In this document: positions 1 through 9,392 of the stretch, in pieces
Numbering within the stretch: the stretch's first letter is position 1
Layout of the letters: every line of letters begins with the position of its first letter
DNA from: Candidatus Eiseniibacteriota bacterium
GTDB taxonomy: Bacteria > Eisenbacteria > RBG-16-71-46
Assembly: GCA_005893185.1 (NCBI GenBank)
Contig: VBOS01000149.1
Location: forward strand, 1-25,064
Length of the DNA: 25,064 nucleotides
Direction of reading: 5' to 3'
Made by a program: the position numbers and the translations under genes
Notes under the pieces: model-generated
Told to the model about the DNA's origin: nothing
Seen by the model: only the letters and a program-made list of their open reading frames with translations
Databases searched by the model: none

Positions 1-109
1 TGGGGCGGGCCGGGTCCCGGAAGAAATGGTATTGGGACAGCCACCCAAGCGGCTTGTCGCGCACTGGCTCGACGTCTTCTTCCAGCCACTCCTGAACAGT
101 CTTGGACAC
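1..109 (-). CDS. psd: 5' fragment (runs off the window) of a probable phosphatidylserine decarboxylase-family protein
   Basis: Not in the ORF track. Manual translation from GTG at 109 gives (M)SKTVQEWLEEDVEPVRDKPLGWLSQYHFFRDPARP. FFRDPxR is the hallmark N-terminal motif of short-type Psd proenzymes. SD-like AGGGGA lies just upstream. Only 36 codons are visible. Confidence 0.55.
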   Translation of the reverse strand, partial: MSKTVQEWLEEDVEPVRDKPLGWLSQYHFFRDPARP

Positions 110-165
110 GAAAGCATCCCCTGGTGCGTGGCGTTTTCGACGGATAGCGGCCCGGTCAGGGGTGA

Positions 166-180
166 GCATGCGGCGTGCCA
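166..180 (-). promoter_or_regulatory. Candidate sigma54 (-24/-12) promoter for the psd-like gene
   Basis: Minus strand reads TGGCACGCCGCATGC, matching TGGCAC-N5-TTGC with one mismatch and exact GG-N10-GC spacing. It lies about 57 nt upstream of GTG 109. Confidence 0.35.
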
Positions 181-379
181 CGCCCGCCGACTCGCCCGGG
201 AAAGCGGCAAAGTGATGCGGGTCGCGAGGATTCCCGGGAGCCGCGATCACGTGGGGGCGGCCGCACAAGTGGCATTTGTACAAAACATCTGCACTGGGTG
301 AAGAAAGATCCGAACCTTGGGAGCCTGAGCGGGCTGCGGGTCCGTGGATGGGAGGGTGGACCTGCCGTTGGAATCCCGG

Positions 380-3079
380 TCAGGTGTCCCCGAGCGTCTT
401 CTTCCACTCCGCCAATCGCTTCAACGCTTCGAGCGGCGTGAGGGCCTCGGGGTCGAGGGCGCGGAGCTCGTCGAGCAGCGGGTGCGTAGGCTCGGCGAAA
501 AACGTTTGCTGCGATGCGGCCGCCTCCCGTGCCGCCCCCCCGCTGGCGCGCCCGCGGCGGGCCTCCAGGTGCTCCACCGTGCGCTCGCTCTCCAGCTCGC
601 GCAGCACCTCGCGCGCGCGCTCGATCACGGCCATGGGCAGCCCGGCGAGCCGCGCGACATGGATGCCATACGAGCGGTCGGCCGCGCCATCTGCGATCCG
701 GTGCAGGAACAACACCTGGTCGCCCCACTCCTTCACCGTGACCTGCACGTTGCGCAGCCGCGGCAGCGTCTCCGCGAGCTGGGTGAGCTCGTGGTAGTGG
801 GTGGCGAACAGGGTGCGCGGGCGCGGGCCGGCCGCCGAATGCAGGAACTCGGTCACGGCCCACGCCAGCGCCAGGCCGTCGTAGGTCGATGTGCCGCGCC
901 CCACTTCGTCGAGCAGCACCAGCGAGCGCGGCGTCGCGGAGCGCAGGATGTCGGCTGTGTCCTGCATCTCGACCATGAACGTGCTCTGCCGGGCGCCGAG
1001 CCGGTCGGTGGCGCCCACGCGCGTGAAGAGCCGGTCCACGAGCCCGATCTCGGCGCGCTCCGCCGGCACGAACGAGCCGGCCTGCGCGAGCAGCACACAC
1101 AGGGCGACCTGCCGCAGGTACGTGCTCTTGCCGCCCATGTTGGGGCCCGTTACGAGCAGGATCTGGCGCGAGCGCCCGTCCAGCTCGACCGAGTTGGGCA
1201 CGAACTCGCCGCGTGGCAGCAGGCGCTCGACCACCGGGTGACGCGCGGCTTCGAGAAGCAGCCGGTCCTTGTCCTCGATCCGCGGGCGCACCCACCCGCC
1301 GCGCGCGGCGGCCTCGGCCAGCGCCGCCTCCGCGTCGAGCGTGGCGAGCGCGTCGGCCGCGCGCTGCAGCTCGGCGACGAAAGCTGCTGCGCGTTCGCGC
1401 AGCTCGACGAACAGCTCGTGCTCGCGCGCCTCGAGCTTCTCCTCGGCGCCCAGGATCTCGCTCTCGCGCGCCTTCAAGTCGGGCGTGACGAAGCGCTCGG
1501 CGGTGGTGAGCGTCTGGCGCCGCTCGTAGTCGGGCGGGACCTTGGCGAGGTGCGGGCGCGTGACCTCGAGGTAGTAGCCGAACACGCGGTTGAACCCGAC
1601 CTTGAGGCTCGTGATCCCGGTGCGCGCGCGCTCGGTACCCTCGAGCTCCGCCACCCAGCGCTTGCCCGAGTGCGCCAGGTCGTCGAGTGCGTCGCGGTGC
1701 GCATCGTAGCCCGGCCGGATCACGCCGCCCTCGCGCGAGACCGGCGGCGGCTCGGGCGTGAGCGCGCGCGCGAGCAGCGCTTCGAGCTCGGGGATGCCGG
1801 CGAGCGCTGCGCGCGATTCGGCGAGCGCAGCTGTCCCCTCCGCGGCGGCGGCGACACCGTCCGCCGCCGCGCCGGCCCGCATTCCTGAGCCGGCTTCGCC
1901 GTCCATCCAGGCGAGCGACTCCGCGAGCGCCGGCAGCCGCGCCAGCGCATCGCGCAACGCGCCGAGGTCGCGCGGTGTGGCGCGGGCGCAGGCCACACGC
2001 GCGGCGAGGCGCTCGAGATCGGGGAAGCCGCGCAGCCGCTCGCGGAACGCTGCGCGCTTCTCCCCCGCCGCGAGCCAGCGTTCGACCGCGTCCAGCCTGC
2101 GCTCGATGGCGCGGGTCGAGAGCAGCGGCCGCGCGAGCCACGCGCGCAGGCGGCGCGCGCCGAGGCCGGTCACGGTCTGGTTCAGGTGGTGCCACAGGGT
2201 GTGCTGCGGCTCGCCCCCGGGCTGCGGCTGGAACAGCTCGAGGTGGCGCTCGGTGGCCGCGTCGTAGCGCAGCACGTCCTGCTCGCGCCAGCGCTCGACG
2301 CGCGTGAGCTGGCGGCTGCGCCCGCCCTGCATGCGGTCGAGGTAGTCGAGCGTCCCGGCGGCCGCGGCCAGTGCGGCCGGCATGTCCTCGAAGCCTCCGA
2401 TCTCCTTAGGCCAGCGCCCGCGCGGCAGCGATGCATCCCGGAAGCGTTCGGCCGGCACCGGGCTCATCGCCCCCGGGAGCCCGCGCAGCGCCCGCTCGAG
2501 CCGTTCGGCGAGCGCCGGATCGAGATCGGACGCCGCGGGCATCACCCACTCGGCGACGCGGACGCGCGACATGAAATCGGCCGCTTCGGCCCACGCCAGC
2601 TCGAGCAGGCGGACCTCGCCGGTCGATGCGTCGGCGAGGCACAGGCCCGCGATCTCGGGCTCCGGCCACACGGCCGCGAGATAGTTGTTGGCCGCGGGGT
2701 CGAGGAACAGGTCGGAGGTGATCGAGCCCGGCGTCAGGATCTCCGTCACGCCGCGCTGGACCAGGCCCTTCGCTCTCGCCGGGTCCTCGAGCTGGTCGCA
2801 GATCGCGACCTTGTGTCCGAGGCGCAGCAGCCGCGCGACGTAGGCGTCGCGCTGATGCCAGGGCACGCCGCACATCGGGATCGGCTCGGGATCCTGCCGG
2901 TTGCGCGAGGTGAGGGTGAGACCGAGGAGCTGGGCTCCCCGGACGGCGTCCTCGAAGAACATCTCGTAGAAGTCGCCCAGCCGGAAGAACAGGAACGCGT
3001 CCGGATGCTCGGCCTTGACGCGCGCGTACTGCTCCATGAGCGGCGTGCGCGCGGCAGAGGAGGAAGCAGCGCGGGTCAC
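380..3079 (-). CDS. mutS: DNA mismatch repair protein MutS
   Basis: 899 aa. N-terminal TPLMEQY..K..HPDAFLFFRLGDFYEMF mismatch-binding motif, P-loop TGPNMGGKSTYLRQ, STFMVEM, DEVGRGTSTYDG, FATHYHEL and SYGIHVARLAGLP. GTG start overlaps the upstream stop (GTGA). Confidence 0.97.
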   Translation of the reverse strand: MTRAASSSAARTPLMEQYARVKAEHPDAFLFFRLGDFYEMFFEDAVRGAQLLGLTLTSRNRQDPEPIPMCGVPWHQRDAYVARLLRLGHKVAICDQLEDPARAKGLVQRGVTEILTPGSITSDLFLDPAANNYLAAVWPEPEIAGLCLADASTGEVRLLELAWAEAADFMSRVRVAEWVMPAASDLDPALAERLERALRGLPGAMSPVPAERFRDASLPRGRWPKEIGGFEDMPAALAAAAGTLDYLDRMQGGRSRQLTRVERWREQDVLRYDAATERHLELFQPQPGGEPQHTLWHHLNQTVTGLGARRLRAWLARPLLSTRAIERRLDAVERWLAAGEKRAAFRERLRGFPDLERLAARVACARATPRDLGALRDALARLPALAESLAWMDGEAGSGMRAGAAADGVAAAAEGTAALAESRAALAGIPELEALLARALTPEPPPVSREGGVIRPGYDAHRDALDDLAHSGKRWVAELEGTERARTGITSLKVGFNRVFGYYLEVTRPHLAKVPPDYERRQTLTTAERFVTPDLKARESEILGAEEKLEAREHELFVELRERAAAFVAELQRAADALATLDAEAALAEAAARGGWVRPRIEDKDRLLLEAARHPVVERLLPRGEFVPNSVELDGRSRQILLVTGPNMGGKSTYLRQVALCVLLAQAGSFVPAERAEIGLVDRLFTRVGATDRLGARQSTFMVEMQDTADILRSATPRSLVLLDEVGRGTSTYDGLALAWAVTEFLHSAAGPRPRTLFATHYHELTQLAETLPRLRNVQVTVKEWGDQVLFLHRIADGAADRSYGIHVARLAGLPMAVIERAREVLRELESERTVEHLEARRGRASGGAAREAAASQQTFFAEPTHPLLDELRALDPEALTPLEALKRLAEWKKTLGDT

Positions 3080-3957
3080 GGGAACTTGGTCACCTGGTAG
3101 GTGACGCCCAGCGCGGCGGCGGCACGCTCACCGGCGCGGCGCGCCTCTTCGCGCGAGCCAAACACGCCGAGCGTCACCACGTGCATGCGGGAGTCGCCAT
3201 CTCCGCGCTCGACCACCGTGGCATCCGGGAATCCCGCGTGCCGCGCCGACTCCACGAGCGTCTTCGCGCGCGCGGGATCCGCGAACGCGCCGATCTGGAC
3301 CGACATCTGGCCGTCGGCGGCCGCCGGAGGCGGCGCGGCCGTGGCGGGCAACGATGCGAGCGCAGCCTCGATGCTGCGCGGGTATTCGCGGCGCAGCCGC
3401 TCGCGGGCGCGGCGCGCGACGTCGGGGCGCTCCAAACGATCGGCCAGGGCGATCAGGCGCTCGAGCGCAGCTGGGCCGGCCTCTCCCGGCGAGCGCGCGA
3501 GCACGCTCTCGACGGCCTGCAGCGCCTGGTCCGGCTTGTCCAACATCTCCCACGCGAACGCCACGCCCAGCATCGCTTGCGCGCGCAAGTCGGCGTCCGA
3601 CTGCGCCACCTCCTCGAGCGCCGTTCGCGCCTGCTCGGGCTGCTTGAGCGCCAGCCAGGAGAGCCCGGTCCAGTAGCGCGCTGCCGCCTGCCTTCCGGCC
3701 TCGAGCCGGGCGGCCGCGCGCCCGAAGGCGTCGCAGGCCTGGCGGTACTCGCCGCGCGCGAAGTGCAACTCCCCGAGCACGTACGCCGCCTCGCCGGCCT
3801 CGGCCGCCTGCGCGTGCTCGCTCTCGAACTTCCTGAGAGGCGCGACCAGGCTGTCGGCCGGCCGCGCATCGAGCAGCTCACGAAGCGGCTTGGAGACCGG
3901 GCCGAAGGAGGGGGCCGCGAGCAGCGAAAGCAGGATGTGGATCGCTGCCGGGAACAT
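3076..3957 (-). CDS. Exported TPR-repeat protein with C-terminal SPOR (peptidoglycan-binding) domain
   Basis: Hydrophobic N-terminus, TPR-like helices (AYVLGELHFARGEYRQA; ARYWTGLSWLALKQPEQA), an Ala/Pro linker, then SPOR-like SVQIGAFADPARA...VTLGVFGSREEA. Confidence 0.85.
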   Translation of the reverse strand: MFPAAIHILLSLLAAPSFGPVSKPLRELLDARPADSLVAPLRKFESEHAQAAEAGEAAYVLGELHFARGEYRQACDAFGRAAARLEAGRQAAARYWTGLSWLALKQPEQARTALEEVAQSDADLRAQAMLGVAFAWEMLDKPDQALQAVESVLARSPGEAGPAALERLIALADRLERPDVARRARERLRREYPRSIEAALASLPATAAPPPAAADGQMSVQIGAFADPARAKTLVESARHAGFPDATVVERGDGDSRMHVVTLGVFGSREEARRAGERAAAALGVTYQVTKFP

Positions 3958-4057
3958 GGGTGCGTGAGTCTACGGCGTGCCCATGCAGGATCCAAGCACG
4001 CGAATCGTGCCCTAGGACCCGGGAAGGCCGGCGCCGTCGTCCGGCCCCTTGCCGCTG

Positions 4058-4088
4058 CTCACGGGCGCGGCCCGTGAGAGCCGCGCCC
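4058..4088. terminator. GC-rich hairpin(s) downstream of rpsA, possible terminator or RNA stability element
   Basis: CTCACGGG(4058-4065)/CCCGTGAG(4071-4078) forms an 8-bp stem. An overlapping alternative 9-bp stem is GGGCGCGGC(4063-4071)/GCCGCGCCC(4080-4088). No U-tract. Confidence 0.35.
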
Positions 4089-4126
4089 GCTTCGTCTCGT
4101 CCCGCCTGAGGTCCGCGAGGCTTCGC

Positions 4127-5950
<1,824 letters not shown>

Positions 5951-5971
5951 GAGTTCTGAAGCCTCCTCGGT

Positions 5972-6643
5972 CTATGAAGATTGGCTGCGGCGGTCTCCCG
6001 CCGCGGCACGTGAAGCCGATGCCATTTGCCCGCTCTTGAGGGCCGCGATCTCGCGCATCACAGCTTCCGCCACCCGCTGGTAGAGGGCACGTCCAGGCGT
6101 GAGATCGCCTTCCTCGCCGGCCAGATCCCGCCACGGGCGCGCGCGCCCGAACCACAGGCGCGGCCGCACGCCGCGGCGCCACCACATGCCCGGGCGATTG
6201 CTGCCCGAGATGAAGCTCGGCACGATCGGCACGTCCGCGTGCACGGCCATCATGCCCACTCCCGGTCTCCCCGGGTGCAGCTCGCCGTCTCGCATCCGGC
6301 TGCCTTCGGGAAACATCAGCAGCGCGCCGCCGCCTGCGATCCTTTCGATCGCTCGGCTCATCCCGCTCAGGTCCGCCACGCCACGCCGGATCGGAATGGA
6401 GTTGAGGGACCGAATGAGCGGGCCGAGCAGCGGCGTCGCGAACAGCTCTTCCTTCGCGAGGAAGCTCAGCTCCCGCGGACAGGCAGCACCCACCATCGGT
6501 GGATCCCAGAACGAGATGTGGTTGCACGCGACGATCAGACCGTCTTGTCGCGGAACGTTCTCGCGGCCCTTCACTTCCCAGCCGGAGATCAACCCGAAGG
6601 TGGTGCTTGCCAGAGACCGGACGGCACTATAGTACGCGGGCAC
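5972..6643 (-). CDS. plsC: 1-acyl-sn-glycerol-3-phosphate acyltransferase (PlsC family)
   Basis: NHISFWD (HxxxxD), FLAKEELF and FPEGSR acyltransferase motifs. SD AGGAG upstream of GTG. Confidence 0.9.
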   Translation of the reverse strand: MPAYYSAVRSLASTTFGLISGWEVKGRENVPRQDGLIVACNHISFWDPPMVGAACPRELSFLAKEELFATPLLGPLIRSLNSIPIRRGVADLSGMSRAIERIAGGGALLMFPEGSRMRDGELHPGRPGVGMMAVHADVPIVPSFISGSNRPGMWWRRGVRPRLWFGRARPWRDLAGEEGDLTPGRALYQRVAEAVMREIAALKSGQMASASRAAAGDRRSQSS

Positions 6644-6763
6644 GAAAACTCCTAACGGCCTGCCCGTGACGGGGCATCGGCCCGCAATGGGCAGAGGCCA
6701 CGGGCGCCCCCCCGGGCCGCGCGCCGCGAGCGTCCCTGGGCTCGGGCGCCTTGTCCTCGGGCC

Positions 6764-7456
6764 TCACCGGCTTTCCTCGACCCGCGGGCAGGCGGGATGC
6801 GCGGTCACAACGGCCAGCACGGCTTCGACCTGCGGCTCGAGGTCCATCTCGGTGGTATCGATCACCTTCGCGTCGTCGGAGGGTCGCAGTGGGCTCTGGG
6901 CTCGATCGCGATCCCGGCGGTCCCGGCGCACGATCTCTTCCCGGACCTCGTCCAGCGAGGCGGCGATCCCGCGCTCCTGGAGGTCGCGGGCCCGGCGGCG
7001 CGCCCGCTCATCTACGCTCGCATCGAGGAAGATCTTGACCTCGGCCGCCGGGAACACGACCGTGCCCAGGTCGCGCCCCTCGGCCACCAGCGGCCCGCGC
7101 AGGGCGAGCGCCCGCTGCGTCTCGACCAGCCGAGCCCGCACATCGGGCATCGCGGCCAGGCGCGAGGACAGCTCGCTCACGGCCGGCGTGCGGATCTCGC
7201 GGCTCACGTCGCGGCCGTCGAGCCACACATGCGTGTGATCGGGCGAGCCGGAGAGGTCCACCTGCGCGCTCTCGATGCAGCGTCGCACCGCCGCCGGGTC
7301 GTCGGGCGAGACGCCGCTCTCCTGCACTTTGAGCGCCAGCGCGCGATAGAGGGCGCCTGTGTCCACATAGTGGAAGCCGAGCCGCGCTGCGACCGCGCGT
7401 GCCGTCGTGCTCTTGCCCGCGCCCGCCGGCCCGTCGATCGTGACGACGAAGCTCAT
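6764..7456 (-). CDS. cmk: Cytidylate kinase
   Basis: TIDGPAGAGKST P-loop, VDTGALYRA, VAEGRDLGTVVFP, RDRRDR..SPL. ATGA overlap with the aroA stop. Confidence 0.96.
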   Translation of the reverse strand: MSFVVTIDGPAGAGKSTTARAVAARLGFHYVDTGALYRALALKVQESGVSPDDPAAVRRCIESAQVDLSGSPDHTHVWLDGRDVSREIRTPAVSELSSRLAAMPDVRARLVETQRALALRGPLVAEGRDLGTVVFPAAEVKIFLDASVDERARRRARDLQERGIAASLDEVREEIVRRDRRDRDRAQSPLRPSDDAKVIDTTEMDLEPQVEAVLAVVTAHPACPRVEESR

Positions 7457-8874
7457 GACGCGCGCCCTCGTCCCGTCGCGGGTCCGGATGTCGCGGCGGA
7501 AGCTGGGCCCGTGGGTCTGCGGCCGCCGCTCGCCGGCTCGCGGGCTGACGTCGCAGCTGGCTCCATCCGCCCGCCGAGAGCTGTGAGCGCATCCGCGAAC
7601 CCCGGATACGAAGTCGCGATGCTCGAGGCGTCGTCGATCGCGATCGGGCCAGCCGCGCGTGTGCCGAGCACAGCGAAGGCCATCGCGATGCGGTGATCGC
7701 CGCCCGTTCGAACGGCGCCGCCCGCGACCGTAGCGCCCTCGATCTCGAGACCGTCCGGCCGCTCCCGTACCACGATCCCGAGGGCTCCGAGGTTGGCTGC
7801 GAGCAGCGCCAATCGGTCGCTCTCCTTGACCCGCAGCTCAGCTGCGCCCGAGAGGCGCGAGCGGCCCGCGGCGGTCGCAGCCGCGATCGCCCAGGCCGGG
7901 ATCTCGTCGATCATCCGCGGCACCCACTCAGCTGGCAGCTCGATGCCGAGCAGCCGCTCGGGCCCGGTCACGGTGATGTCGCCGACCGGCTCCTCGCCCG
8001 CTTCCGGCAGCGCGCGGACCTCGACGCGCGCACCCATTTGCACGAGCGCATCGAGCAGCGCCGTGCGCGTGGGGTTGAGCCCGACGCCGAGCGCGGTCAC
8101 GGAACCACCCGGTGTCGCGGCGGCGGCGGCGAGGAAGAAGGCCGCCGCCGAGAAATCGCCCGGCACCCGCAGTCGCGTCGCGCGCGGGCGGGCCGGGCCG
8201 GCGAGCCGGAGCCGCGGGCCGCTGCCGTTGCGCGCCGTGCTCTCAACTTTCACGCCGAAGGCGCGCAGCATGCGCTCGGTGTGGTCGCGCGCCGGGCCCG
8301 GCAACGTGACCTCGGTCTCACCCTCGGCTTTGAGCGCGGCGAGCAGAACGCAGGACGCGACCTGGGCGCTCGCCACCGGCAGGTCGTAGCGGATGCCGTT
8401 GAGCCGGCCCCCGCGGACCACGAGCGGCGGCAGCCGGTCGCCGTCCCGCGCGGTCAGCGTGGCTCCCATGCGTCGCAGCGGCTCGATCACGCGCGCCACC
8501 GGGCGGCGGTTCAACGACTCGTCGCCCGAGAGCACAGCCAGGAAGGGCTGGGCAGCGAGCACGCCGGCCATGAGCCGCAGCGTTGTGCCCGAGTTGCCGC
8601 ACTCGAGCACGCGGTCGGGCTCGATCAGGTCTCCCGCGCAGCCGCGGATCTCGACGCGTGCCTCTACGCCCGCGGCGAAGGAATCGCACGCGGCCCCCAG
8701 CCGCGCCGCGCACGCCAGGGTCGCGCCGCAATCCGCGCCCGGGTTGGGACTCTCAACCACCGTCAGTCCTTCGCCCACCAGCCCCAGCACGTACGCACGG
8801 TGAGTGATGGACTTGTCGCCCGGTGGGCGCACGGAGCCCTCGAGCGGTGCGCCCGGGTGAACGATCAGGCGCAT
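7453..8874 (-). CDS. aroA: 3-phosphoshikimate 1-carboxyvinyltransferase (EPSP synthase)
   Basis: True start at ATG 8874 (MRLIVHPG), inside the longer 7453..9471 ORF. Motifs PGDKSITHR, CGNSGTTLRL, GDESLNRRP, RDHTERML, ELRVKESDR and DHRIAMAF. Confidence 0.95.
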   Translation of the reverse strand: MRLIVHPGAPLEGSVRPPGDKSITHRAYVLGLVGEGLTVVESPNPGADCGATLACAARLGAACDSFAAGVEARVEIRGCAGDLIEPDRVLECGNSGTTLRLMAGVLAAQPFLAVLSGDESLNRRPVARVIEPLRRMGATLTARDGDRLPPLVVRGGRLNGIRYDLPVASAQVASCVLLAALKAEGETEVTLPGPARDHTERMLRAFGVKVESTARNGSGPRLRLAGPARPRATRLRVPGDFSAAAFFLAAAAATPGGSVTALGVGLNPTRTALLDALVQMGARVEVRALPEAGEEPVGDITVTGPERLLGIELPAEWVPRMIDEIPAWAIAAATAAGRSRLSGAAELRVKESDRLALLAANLGALGIVVRERPDGLEIEGATVAGGAVRTGGDHRIAMAFAVLGTRAAGPIAIDDASSIATSYPGFADALTALGGRMEPAATSAREPASGGRRPTGPASAATSGPATGRGRAS

Positions 8875-8882
8875 GGCGAAGA

Positions 8883-9392
8883 TCAGTGCACCGTCCGGCT
8901 CGCCGTGCCTCCGCGGGCGGCGCGGGCGACCTTGCGCTTCGCGGTCCGCGCGCGCGCGGCCGGGCGTTGCCCGTTCCCGCGGTTCGCCGCCGCGCGCAGC
9001 GCCTGGAGGTTGCGCCAGGTCACGAACTCCTCGAGCAGCATGCGCCTGCGGTCGTCGAGCCCCGAGAACATGCAGGCCAGCTCGAAACCCTTCGCGCCGC
9101 GCTTCGCCGGGGGCTCGCAGCGCACCACGATCCCATCGCACTTGATCAGCTCCTTCGCCCCCGGCATGCCGGGCAGGCGCGGCAGCACGATCGTGAGCGC
9201 CACCTTGGAGGCCGGCGCCAGGTAGTGCAGCGATGTGCAGTAGACGCCGTTGGCCGAGATGTTGTGGGTCTCGGTCACGATCTGGGTGCGCTCCCCTTCC
9301 GAAGGGGCAGCCTCCACACGCATGCTGAGCCGCGCGTCCGCGCGCGTACTGCGGCGCCGTTCGATGCGCCGCGCGCTCCGCTTCTTCTTCAT
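8883..9392 (-). CDS. PilZ-domain c-di-GMP receptor protein (169 aa)
   Basis: Start ATG 9392 with SD GGGAGG, inside the 8883..10271 ORF. Both c-di-GMP motifs are present: RxxxR (ERRRSTR) and N/DxSxxG (NISANG). Confidence 0.85.
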   Translation of the reverse strand: MKKKRSARRIERRRSTRADARLSMRVEAAPSEGERTQIVTETHNISANGVYCTSLHYLAPASKVALTIVLPRLPGMPGAKELIKCDGIVVRCEPPAKRGAKGFELACMFSGLDDRRRMLLEEFVTWRNLQALRAAANRGNGQRPAARARTAKRKVARAARGGTASRTVH

